DNA of 27,674 nucleotides from a virus (IMGVR_UViG_2799113139_000004), one strand, 5' to 3'. Shown: positions 17,122 through 25,900, numbered from the stretch's first letter. The notes: generated by a model from the sequence alone, not told the origin. Numbers and translations are program-made.

Positions 17122-17919
17122 CTACAGCAGCTGCTCCGGCAGCGGGCCGCAGACGTCGACGAACGGACCCATCACCAGTTCGAAGACTCGGGCGTCGACG
17201 TCGTTGGGGGCGAGGTCGCGCATCAGGGCCGCGACGCCGAGTGTCCAGAACGGCCCGCGATCGATACCGCGGCCCTGCGGGGCGACATCATGCAGATGCG
17301 ACAGGAACGCCCCGACCTGCTTTCGTAGATCGTCGGGGATGCTCGGGCCCCAGGAGTACAGCTCGGCTTCTGCTCGAACCCAGGCGTTTCCGTCACGGCG
17401 GATGTGATCGAGGATGGCCTGGGCCTCGGGCGTCGTCAGCAGGCCGAGCCGGTAGCAGACGGCGTCCCAGGCCGGGTGCGCCGCCGACGCGGTCGGTGTC
17501 ATCAGGTTGGCCAGTTCGGCGGCGGAGGGCGGCGGGTACAGTGCCGCCAAGGCGCTCGTGCGCAGGTCCCGGGCGTCTCGGATCGCCTGCAGATCATCTG
17601 GCACGAGCGGCAGATCCGGGCCGCACGGTGGTTCGAGCAGGATCACGCGTTTCGGATCGGCCCCGTCGATGATCACTGGGGCGTGCCAGCGGATGACCAG
17701 TCCGGTGAAGCTCCCTGGATCCGTGCCGCTGCGCAGTTCCGCTCGGAAGGAGGCTCGGCCCGGCGGCTGGACCTCGATGATCGCCGCGTCGTGATCAACT
17801 TGGAGCACGAGCGCACGCGCGTAGACGGGTTCGGCGAGGTCCGGGACACCGACGTCCGCCGACGCCGCGTCTCCGGTGGACGGCCGCTCCCGCCCGCGCA
17901 GTCGGTCTATCCAGCCCAT
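17122..17919 (-). CDS. Hypothetical protein, 265 aa
   Basis: Last gene of the minus-strand operon; purine-rich RBS; protein-like. Confidence 0.75.
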   Translation of the reverse strand: MGWIDRLRGRERPSTGDAASADVGVPDLAEPVYARALVLQVDHDAAIIEVQPPGRASFRAELRSGTDPGSFTGLVIRWHAPVIIDGADPKRVILLEPPCGPDLPLVPDDLQAIRDARDLRTSALAALYPPPSAAELANLMTPTASAAHPAWDAVCYRLGLLTTPEAQAILDHIRRDGNAWVRAEAELYSWGPSIPDDLRKQVGAFLSHLHDVAPQGRGIDRGPFWTLGVAALMRDLAPNDVDARVFELVMGPFVDVCGPLPEQLL

Positions 17920-17926
17920 GCGCTTC

Positions 17927-18682
17927 TCACCCCTGTGCCTGGTCGACGGGGATCACGAGCGCATTGCGCATCGGGTATGCCGGGGCCTCGGGTTCTCGCC
18001 AGTCGAGCAGCAGCGCCCACCGTGAACGCTTGGCGGTCCCGCGGACGAGGTATCCACCGGAGGCCTCGGGGCCGAAGATCTCGTCAGATGCGAAGGCGTT
18101 GATGATGCGCCGCCGGAACCCCGAGTTCCACGCATTCTTGGCGGCGGAGTCGGCTTCCTTGTCGGCTTCGAGGCGGGCCAGCCAGATCCGGAATGCGGTC
18201 GCGATCCTCGACACCTGCTCATCCGGGGTGCGTGCGTCGATAGCGACCGAGGTCAGGCACCACCCATCGCCGTCACCGATGTGAAAGCTCGTCGGATAGA
18301 TCTCACACAGCACACCGCGCGCGGGTGGGAAACCCTGGCGCTCTTCATACTTGCGCCACTGCCGGTGCCCGAGCCACAGCGCCGGCCCAACGATCAGCAG
18401 AACGACGCCGGCGAACCACTGCACACCAGCGGAGGTGCTGCGCCCGCTCAGCGGGAACACCCCGACCAGCAGGCCACCGACGAGAATCGCACCAACTACG
18501 GTGAACACCAGGGCGACCGCCGGCACGAACACCCGCTGCCCGCGCACGTCAGCCGCAATCTCCTCCAACGGCCTGATCGACGGCCGCTCGCCATACCGTG
18601 ACTTCGCCGCTGGGGCAGCGACTGCCTGCGCCCATGCGGACACGGGATCGGCGGGCCAGGGCCGAAGCTCAGTCGGACTCAC
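17927..18682 (-). CDS. Two-TM membrane protein, family C
   Basis: GTG 18682 overlaps the upstream stop (GTGA); VAIDAR..DEQ..I..AF..WL...S.EIFGPEASGGY matches 11642..12475. Confidence 0.8.
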   Translation of the reverse strand: MSPTELRPWPADPVSAWAQAVAAPAAKSRYGERPSIRPLEEIAADVRGQRVFVPAVALVFTVVGAILVGGLLVGVFPLSGRSTSAGVQWFAGVVLLIVGPALWLGHRQWRKYEERQGFPPARGVLCEIYPTSFHIGDGDGWCLTSVAIDARTPDEQVSRIATAFRIWLARLEADKEADSAAKNAWNSGFRRRIINAFASDEIFGPEASGGYLVRGTAKRSRWALLLDWREPEAPAYPMRNALVIPVDQAQG

Positions 18683-19200
18683 CCGGTGCCTCGCTGATGT
18701 TCGCGGATGCTGTCGAACAGTGCGTCCTCCAGGTCGTCGGGGTCCAGAGTGGTGTGCCGGAAGCGCAGCGTCTGCCCGATCCGTGGGCGGGGGTGGTCCC
18801 CACCCACGGTGCAGTGCCTTCGGATGGCCGGCCCGCCCTCCACTGCCACGGACACGGACACGGACACGGTGAGCATGAAGTAGCGCGAGACGCTGCCGTC
18901 GTCGTTGGTACGACGCACCTCGGTGACCTCTTCGATCGGCGCTTCGGAAACATGCGCGTTGGTGAACCACGCGCGGTACCGCTTGTGCCCGCAGTAGAGG
19001 CCGCCGAGGATGCCCGCCGGGATCAGGACGAAGACCGCGACGGCGGTTGCGACCCACAGCTGTTCTGGGCTGGAGCTGAACGCGCTCGCGATGGCTCCGA
19101 GCAGACCGGTCACCGCCAGAACCAGGCACGTGATCGCCCCGACGCCCCACCAGCGGTAGGCGCGGCCGGGCGGGGTCGACGCGGACTCGTGGGCGCTCAC
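18679..19200 (-). CDS. Two-TM DUF3592-like protein, family A
   Basis: GTGA overlap; RFRHTTLDPDDL. Confidence 0.85.
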   Translation of the reverse strand: MSAHESASTPPGRAYRWWGVGAITCLVLAVTGLLGAIASAFSSSPEQLWVATAVAVFVLIPAGILGGLYCGHKRYRAWFTNAHVSEAPIEEVTEVRRTNDDGSVSRYFMLTVSVSVSVAVEGGPAIRRHCTVGGDHPRPRIGQTLRFRHTTLDPDDLEDALFDSIREHQRGTG

Positions 19201-19685
19201 GAGCCAGGCCCCAACGACGCGTTGCGCTCCTCACGCCCGACGAACGCGTCGTCGAGGTCATCCGGGTCGAGGGTGCGGTGACGGAACCGGACCTGGTTCC
19301 CGACCCAGCCGAGCGGATCAGGATCCCCGCCGATGTCGATCCGCCGGTGGATCGACACCCCGTGTGCGAGTTCCGCATCGATCAGCAGCTGGTACTTCGA
19401 TGCCCCGTCTCCGAACTGGCTTTCCAGCACGTCGCGGACCGTGCCCACGGCGGTGGGGGCTCCCGCGAAGAGAGCCACGCGGTGCTTGTCCCAGGCGATC
19501 CTGAGCAGGCACCCGCTCACCAAGGTGGCGGCGAACCCCGCGATCCACACCCAGTGCGGGGAGGTGCCGAGCACACTGGCGATGCAGAACACGACCCCTG
19601 CCAACGTGAGGAACGCGAACAGCGACCGTGCGAGGTTCCAACGCCGGACGCGGTGATCGACCGACACGTCACTCAGACCATCCAC
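19197..19685 (-). CDS. Two-TM DUF3592-like protein, family A
   Basis: RBS GAGGGGAG; RFRHRTLDPDDL. Confidence 0.85.
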   Translation of the reverse strand: MDGLSDVSVDHRVRRWNLARSLFAFLTLAGVVFCIASVLGTSPHWVWIAGFAATLVSGCLLRIAWDKHRVALFAGAPTAVGTVRDVLESQFGDGASKYQLLIDAELAHGVSIHRRIDIGGDPDPLGWVGNQVRFRHRTLDPDDLDDAFVGREERNASLGPGS

Positions 19686-19990
19686 GGCGCTCCCCTCATC
19701 CCTCGCTTCCCGACGATGTCACCCACCATATCCAGCGATCAGGCGGGCGATGTTCAGCTGCTGGGCGGCCGAAGAAGGGCCCCGTCGACGGGGCGCGGAT
19801 CCTGACACCTGGGCTCCCACGGCTTGGGTTACGTGCTGTAGACCGCTCCGAGTCCGGCCGTCGCGTCGAGGAGGGACGGGCACCAGCGGTCACGGATCGA
19901 CATGGAATCACTGTGGGGCGCGTGGCGGGCGGGCCGCAGGCCGTCGAAAACCGGTTGTGGCGCCCCCGCCTACGACGCACCCTAGAGGGC

Positions 19991-20485
19991 ATGGAGGTCA
20001 CGTTCGTCAAGCGCCGGAACGGGTACGACGTGCGGATCCGCCGGGAGAGGGGCCCCGAGCTCACGCCGCGCGGCGGGCCGGGTGGCCGTCCACCCGTGCC
20101 GCACGACGCGGCGCACCTCATCGTCGAGCAGGAGGCGCGGCTGCGCGGCGGCGTGTTCGGGCGCCTCGCCGACGCCAACGGCCTCGACGGGCTCTTCTGG
20201 CCCGCCGATCCGGCGGAGCGGCGGAAGGCGTCCCGGCGAAACCGCAAGCCCACGGCGGCGCAGGCGGCGGACATGGCACGGTCGGAGTACCTCGCGTCGC
20301 TGACGGCGGCGCTGTGGGAGGTCGAGCGCGGCCACCGGCAGGCCGCTGGCCCGTGGCCCGGGCCAGCGGCCGAGGTCTACGTCGAACCCGCTCTCCTGGA
20401 CCGGATCTTCGCCCGCTACGACGACTTCGCACCGCGCTGGGCGGAACTCCCCGACGGCGGAGAGCTCACGTTGCTCTGGCGCTGA
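19991..20485 (+). CDS. Actinobacterial-type hypothetical protein (PHDxxHxxVE motif)
   Basis: ATG 19991 after GAGGG; very high GC3. Confidence 0.75.
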   Translation: MEVTFVKRRNGYDVRIRRERGPELTPRGGPGGRPPVPHDAAHLIVEQEARLRGGVFGRLADANGLDGLFWPADPAERRKASRRNRKPTAAQAADMARSEYLASLTAALWEVERGHRQAAGPWPGPAAEVYVEPALLDRIFARYDDFAPRWAELPDGGELTLLWR

Positions 20486-20576
20486 ACCGTGGCCATATGG
20501 AGCACACGCACACGCACACGCAACGAACGGCGGCACCCTACCGAGTTCGTTCGCATCGGTCTCCGGGAACACGGCG

Positions 20577-21200
20577 ATGATCCGGTCGCGATACTCCACC
20601 CACTATTACTTGGCTTTTCACGAGATCGACTCTCCCTCAGAAGACGAGAAGTTCTATCAAGCCGCCGAGCGGCTCCTTCTGCGCATCAACGGCCTTGGGC
20701 GCGTTGAAAATCAGAACTTTCGTCCGGTAGCGCTGAGCGACGAGTACACGACGTCCGACGGTCGGCGGCACACGGTCCTCCGACCCGCACCGGCTCAGAT
20801 CCGTGTGAATGTTGGGCGACCGACAGTTACGGTCGCGAGACCAGACGGCACGGTAGTTCCCGATCCGCCATCTCCCTGGCCGGACCGTTTCGCAGCGGCG
20901 GCGTCGAATCCAGATCTCGCCGAGGCGCTGGAAGTTCTGGGTAAGCCAGAGAATGTCTGGTGGTCAGATCTGTATTGGGTCTTCGAGATCATCACCGACG
21001 TGATTGGTGGCCGGAGTAAGATCTATGACGAATTAGATTGGGCCACAAAGACACAAGTGGATTCATTCATTGCCTCGGCGCAACGGGTGCGGCATGCCAG
21101 GTCGACAGCGGTACCCCCTCGCGAGCCTCTTACCGAGGCGCATGATCTGGTGAGCGCCCTTGTAGCCAAGTGGGCGGCGATGCTCGCCGCCAAGGGGTGA
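20577..21200 (+). CDS. Hypothetical protein, N-terminus possibly degenerate
   Basis: 207-aa protein-like ORF with WxDLYxVFE...W...F..SA...RHAR; no clear RBS. Confidence 0.6.
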   Translation: MIRSRYSTHYYLAFHEIDSPSEDEKFYQAAERLLLRINGLGRVENQNFRPVALSDEYTTSDGRRHTVLRPAPAQIRVNVGRPTVTVARPDGTVVPDPPSPWPDRFAAAASNPDLAEALEVLGKPENVWWSDLYWVFEIITDVIGGRSKIYDELDWATKTQVDSFIASAQRVRHARSTAVPPREPLTEAHDLVSALVAKWAAMLAAKG

Positions 21201-21318
21201 ATAAGTGTGGCAACCACCCTGGGGTCTTACAGGCCATATCCCTCAGCGGCGACTGCAGCTTTCGATGCGACGTGTGATCGCATCGTGGATGGCGGGGAGA
21301 TCCACCGCCCGGCTTTCA

Positions 21319-21575
21319 TCACCCACGAGCGTTCGTCTCTCGCCGCACACCATATTCGCTGTGAAAGCGTTTGCGCCACAACACCATATGCCGCTTCACT
21401 GGAGCCCCCTTGGGGCGACGCTCTCCCATTCGCCCGGATAGGTGAACGTCACCATCGCTGGGATGCGGCCCGATTCGACTAACGGGCTGTAGTCGAGCTC
21501 GGCGAAACTGCGGCAGGTTGCAGAACGGGACTTACGCGACCACTTTCGTGATGACCCGCCCGGTTGAGCCGGGTG
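21319..21575 (-). pseudogene. Rolling-circle (HUH-type) replication initiator fragment
   Basis: Three frames join as GRVIT/KWSRKSRSATCRSFAELDYSPLVESGRIPAMVTFTYPGEWESVAP/VKRHMVLWRKRF..EYG; VTFTY matches HUH Rep motif I. The frame ends before an HxH motif. Confidence 0.65.
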
Positions 21576-22254
21576 CAATGTCCGTAAGGCTCCGTCGCGA
21601 CACAGTCACGACGGCACGGGGATCAAGCTGGGATGCCTTGGCGAGGAGGTGGGGCAGCGGCGTAGAGCTCGGTTTCGGTCTGTGGAGGCCGGTCGAGCCA
21701 GCCGAGATCGACCGGGTTTGGTGCAGCTCGGACAAGCTCTCCGTCACAGCGTCGTCGGCAACGTAGCTACGCCCAATTCCTCAGCTCCAACTGCATCACG
21801 GCTGTTGTCCCGAAAACTGCTTCGGCGTTGTTTTCGTAGGCGGGCTCTCGAAGTGGCCGCATTTGGTCGCTGGCGCGGGCAGGTGGTGATCGGCGACTGG
21901 GCACTTGGGTGCAGCGGCGGTCGGCCACATTTGAGGTTGCGGCTATCTTTTCCCCACGCCCGCAGCTTTCGTCATCAGTCACACTCAACGCCTGAACTCG
22001 GTCGAATATCGCCCTGGAGTGCAGAAACGGGCGGGTCAACGAAGGACGCCTTCTATAGTTTGCCATACCGTGTAGGTGTGCTGGTATTGCTGGTATAGTC
22101 TAGTCGCTGACAGGTTGGTATCAATACGGCTCAAGGGGGGCTCGTGGGCGGCGAAACCGGCAGTCGGGGCGTACCGCATCGGCTGATGACGGTGATCAAC
22201 TGCCGTACGCGACCTGCTTCCAGCGAATCTTCGGGCGTCCACTACAGCCGACGC

Positions 22255-23391
22255 ATGCCTAGGCGGTTCCATCTCAGATCGGTTTTGTTGGCGGCCGTGA
22301 CAGCGGTTGCTGGGTTTGCGTTATCTAGCGCGAGTGCAGCTGGAGCAGACCCCAATCAGCCTGGGCCTCCTGCTCCGGCTCCGCCGCCGTTGGCGGTGCC
22401 GCAGCCCGATAATTTGCCGCGTGCGGTGAGTATTGGTGGGGCACAGGCTAAGACGAATGTGCCGCAAGGGATGGGGTCAGGAACAGGGCGACCTCTTGCG
22501 GAGGCGCGCCAGCGTGGTGTGGTGGCCGTTCCGCCAATCGCTACCGACGGGGTACATGCCGCGACCGCTTGGCCAGGCAAGCAAGTCGTCATCCATCTAC
22601 CCAACGAACGGGCCTTGACGGCTGCCAATTGGGGTGAGGGCGGTGCGGCCGCATACGGATCAGGCCCGGTGGATTATGTGGTGCTCCCCGATGCCGGCGG
22701 GGGCGCCGATATTCGCATGATTCGCAAGACCTTCATCTCGCCGAGTGACTTCACGTTGGGCGTCCGCTATCCGGAGGGCACTCATCTGCGCCAAGCCGCG
22801 CAAGCGGTGGTTGTTGAGACCGATGCAGCCCCCGGACATTCGGCAGCGATTATCGGGGCGCTGAGCATCCCTGATGCAAAAGACGGTGCCGGTAACCCGA
22901 TCCCGGTCACACCGTTGGTCGGGGGAAGTTATCTGTATCAGCAATCGGATGTGAATCTGAACGTCGGCGATGTCGGATTGCTCAATTTTCCCGTCACCAT
23001 CACCGTGGCCTACCGGCCATCTACCGGTGTTCCGGCGGTCGCTCAAGGCGATCCCGCGCCTAAAGCACCAGCGGGCAGTGCGGCCGGGCGGTGTGTGTCT
23101 GGGCCGCCACAATTCGCCGGCGGCGGGGACGACGGAACCCCTGGCGGGGCCGCTGATTTCGCGCCGTCGTGTGCCCGGCTGGCTGCGTGCATGAGCGCTG
23201 CCCCCGCCCACACCAGCGCCCTAACGTGTGAGAACACGTTTATGGCCGACCTGACGAATACCTGCGTGGCCGCGTTCGGCCACGACGGCGGTGACTACGA
23301 GGGCTGCCTGGCCACCGCCAACGGGCATGTGCGGTGGGCCAAAGAAAACCTGGCACCCGGCCAGCCCGCCGCAGCAGCGGGCGGAGCTTGA
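22255..23391 (+). CDS. Exported protein with C-terminal phospholipase A2-like domain lacking catalytic residues
   Basis: Signal peptide MPRRFHLRSVLLAAV...; C-terminal DFAPSCARLAAC...CENTFMADL...C...CLATA. Confidence 0.75.
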   Translation: MPRRFHLRSVLLAAVTAVAGFALSSASAAGADPNQPGPPAPAPPPLAVPQPDNLPRAVSIGGAQAKTNVPQGMGSGTGRPLAEARQRGVVAVPPIATDGVHAATAWPGKQVVIHLPNERALTAANWGEGGAAAYGSGPVDYVVLPDAGGGADIRMIRKTFISPSDFTLGVRYPEGTHLRQAAQAVVVETDAAPGHSAAIIGALSIPDAKDGAGNPIPVTPLVGGSYLYQQSDVNLNVGDVGLLNFPVTITVAYRPSTGVPAVAQGDPAPKAPAGSAAGRCVSGPPQFAGGGDDGTPGGAADFAPSCARLAACMSAAPAHTSALTCENTFMADLTNTCVAAFGHDGGDYEGCLATANGHVRWAKENLAPGQPAAAAGGA

Positions 23392-23448
23392 CATGCCTAC
23401 GGCACAACATCTTTCACAGCACGTTCTCCGGGGAAAGAAGGTTAACCG

Positions 23449-25605
23449 ATGACCGACACCGATCGCCCTGATGGCGATGATGCGCCCACGCAAACCCTGC
23501 CCGCCGCAGCCCCATTGTCCGCGCCGGAGTTGACGGGCTTTCCTGCCGGGATCGTCGGGGCCGCGCTGACGGTGCTCGGGGTGTGGGGTCTACATGTGCT
23601 CACCCGCGGTGATGGTGTGGCAGGTGTCCTCGGCTGGGTGATCCTGCTGTGCTTGGCCTTTAGCGCCTTGGGTAAAGGCATCACCTTGCTACGTCGCGCC
23701 CTGGCCCCGCTGTCGGCGGTGTGGTCGGCATCGGTCGACGGTGTGCCACCGCTGCTACGAGCCGCGGCGGGGATCATTGTCGGTGCGGCCGGTATCTGGT
23801 GGGTGATGCGCGGACACGCCAGCGGATGGTGGGCACAGATAACCGGCGGTGACTCCGGCAGCGGGCTGGGGTGGTCGCTGCCCTCACAGCTCGTGCAAGT
23901 GGCGATCATGGTGGTCGCCGGAGCGCTGCTGTTCGGCGGCGCCAAGGTCTTGGGCAAGCTTATCTTCGCCAACTCCGGTACCCGCCAACAGCCCTCACCC
24001 AACCACGACGGTGGCCAGCGTTGGCGGCAGTGGTGGGCCAGCCACCCTGGCCTGGGTTTGACGCTGCTGGCTGGCGGCGGCGCTCTGGTGTTCCTGTCCG
24101 GGTATGTAGTTCCGCGGGTGTCGTCATGGTTGACCGGCGATGACCCGATGGCGGCCCTGGCGGCGATCACCGCGATCCTGGCTCTGGCGCTGCTGGCCAA
24201 CACGTGGTGGTGGCGGGCGCTGTCGGGCTGGTGGGCGTGGGCTCACACCCCCAACGGCCCCGGCGGGCCCACCCCGATCGGGCAGATCTATGCCGGCGCC
24301 GGGGTGTTGGCATTGATCGCGTTCTCGGCCACCGCCTTCGGTCTGGCCACCTTCTCCTCTTACCTGCCCCAGAACGCCGCTACAGCTTCGGCTGATCCGT
24401 GTGGGGATCGTTGTGGTGGGGGTGGCAATGGGCAAGGTTCCTATGGTCCAGATACCGGTAACTTCCAGCCTCCGCAGATGCCCGGTCAGCAGCCCGACTA
24501 TCAAGGCGGGATCAATCAGCCGCCGCTAGACCAAAACTCGGGGATCTCGATTTACAACGAAAGCCCTGGCCAGGGCGGTCAGCAGATTCCGCAACAAAAC
24601 ATGGGCCCGCAGACCTCTGGCCAGCGCGCCGCACACGGAGAACCGTTGCCCAACTACGGGCCCTGGCAACCCGACGCACAACCTCCCGCCCAAGCACCCG
24701 TACAACAGGCACCCGTTCAGCAGGCTCCTCAAGCTCCGCAGCAGCCCGCACAAGCACCACAAAATCCTGCCGGCCAGCAGCCGGCGCAGCAGGCACCGCA
24801 ACAACCAGCCGGGCAGCAACCGGCACAACAGAATCCGCCGCAACAGGGCCAGCCTGGCCAGCAGCAGCCACAGAATCCTGTCAACCAGCAGACCCCGCAA
24901 CAGCAGCCGCAGAAAGAGCCGGACACACCGAAGAAGAATCCGATGGATCCCACGGATCTCGCGACGGCGGCCACACGCCGCGGTTCACAACAAGCCGGGC
25001 AGCAAGCCGCCCAGCAGGCTGGACAACAAGGCGCCCAACAAGCGGCCCAGCAGACCACCCAGGGGACACAGCAGGCGACCCAGCAGGGCACACAAAAGCC
25101 GGTCGAATCCGGCGAACAGTTCCCCGCCGACTTCCACATGGGCCAGCTCGGTGACGGCCTGAGCAAAACCGGGAAGTACGCCAATACAGGTACCCACTGG
25201 GCTCCCGACGCGAAAGTCTCGACCATGTCGAAAAGCACGGCCCAAAACCTTCTGCGGGCCGGAGAAAAGTTCACTTGGCTGGGGCGTGGGATGGAAGTCG
25301 CCAAAGCTGGTGTCGACTTGGCCAATGGTGCGCCGGTACCGGAAACGGTCGGTAGCACTGTGGGTTCGCTTGCCGGCGCGTGGGCCGGGGCCGAGGGCGG
25401 TGCCATCATCGGGGCCTCGATCGGATCATTCTTCCCCGGCCCCGGCACCGTGATCGGGGGTGCAGTAGGCGGGGTGATCGGCGGGTTCGTCGGCAGCGGC
25501 CTAGGCTCCGAAGTAGGAAAAGCGGCCGGCGGGGCTGTCCGCGCAGCTGGTTCTGCACTCTCCAAAGCTGGCGGCGCCGTCGCATCCTTCTTCGGCAGCT
25601 TGTAA
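23449..25605 (+). CDS. Multi-pass membrane/exported protein with PDYQGG/PPLDQN module, Q-rich linker and glycine-zipper C-terminus, 718 aa
   Basis: About 320-aa hydrophobic N-region, ASA-DP, shared module, PQ linker, repeated GxxxG C-terminus; RBS GAAAGAAGG. Confidence 0.88.
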   Translation: MTDTDRPDGDDAPTQTLPAAAPLSAPELTGFPAGIVGAALTVLGVWGLHVLTRGDGVAGVLGWVILLCLAFSALGKGITLLRRALAPLSAVWSASVDGVPPLLRAAAGIIVGAAGIWWVMRGHASGWWAQITGGDSGSGLGWSLPSQLVQVAIMVVAGALLFGGAKVLGKLIFANSGTRQQPSPNHDGGQRWRQWWASHPGLGLTLLAGGGALVFLSGYVVPRVSSWLTGDDPMAALAAITAILALALLANTWWWRALSGWWAWAHTPNGPGGPTPIGQIYAGAGVLALIAFSATAFGLATFSSYLPQNAATASADPCGDRCGGGGNGQGSYGPDTGNFQPPQMPGQQPDYQGGINQPPLDQNSGISIYNESPGQGGQQIPQQNMGPQTSGQRAAHGEPLPNYGPWQPDAQPPAQAPVQQAPVQQAPQAPQQPAQAPQNPAGQQPAQQAPQQPAGQQPAQQNPPQQGQPGQQQPQNPVNQQTPQQQPQKEPDTPKKNPMDPTDLATAATRRGSQQAGQQAAQQAGQQGAQQAAQQTTQGTQQATQQGTQKPVESGEQFPADFHMGQLGDGLSKTGKYANTGTHWAPDAKVSTMSKSTAQNLLRAGEKFTWLGRGMEVAKAGVDLANGAPVPETVGSTVGSLAGAWAGAEGGAIIGASIGSFFPGPGTVIGGAVGGVIGGFVGSGLGSEVGKAAGGAVRAAGSALSKAGGAVASFFGSL
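24988..25095 (+). repeat. Degenerate 12-bp (QQxx) coding tandem repeat
   Basis: QQAG QQAA QQAG QQGA QQAA QQTT QGT QQAT QQGT. Confidence 0.6.
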
Positions 25606-25624
25606 CTGAAAGAAACGAGAAACC

Positions 25625-25900
25625 ATGCTCACAGTAGCCGCAGTAATAATCGGCTTTCTCGGATTAGCAATCACGCTCGTCCTCATCCAGCTCCCGGAAC
25701 GCGTTTCATCTATTCAGCTATCGGCACTGGCGACCGGAGCGATGGCGTTCCTGGCGCTGACAACCTTCGGGCTATATACGCTGTCGGACTCACAGGCGCT
25801 GAAGACCGGCGCTGTATGCGGCGCTGTTGTCATCTTGCTGAATATCGCTACCGTGGTACGGCGGCGACACGACACAGCATCACCGGGTAGTAGCTCATGA
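25625..25900 (+). CDS. Small three-TM protein, candidate immunity protein
   Basis: 91 aa, three hydrophobic segments, 19 nt after the 718-aa gene. Confidence 0.75.
   Translation: MLTVAAVIIGFLGLAITLVLIQLPERVSSIQLSALATGAMAFLALTTFGLYTLSDSQALKTGAVCGAVVILLNIATVVRRRHDTASPGSSS

Noticed and set aside
18847-18870. (CACGGA)n hexamer repeat
   Set aside because: In-frame VSVSVS expansion in a family A gene; only three to four units, with no frame effect.
17927-19378. 483-aa ORF as annotated
   Set aside because: Its first ~230 codons overlap two family A genes on the same strand in another frame; the real start is GTG 18682.
11642-19685. CBASS-like two-TM/beta-barrel effector interpretation of family A
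   Set aside because: Only the topology is similar; no nucleotide cyclase or other defence gene is adjacent and there is no sequence support.
20503-20520. (CACACG)3 microsatellite
   Set aside because: Short, and not clearly within a promoter or a supported gene.
24729-25565. 278-aa minus-strand ORF with many Cys/Trp
   Set aside because: Antisense reading of CAG/CAA repeats and the glycine zipper.
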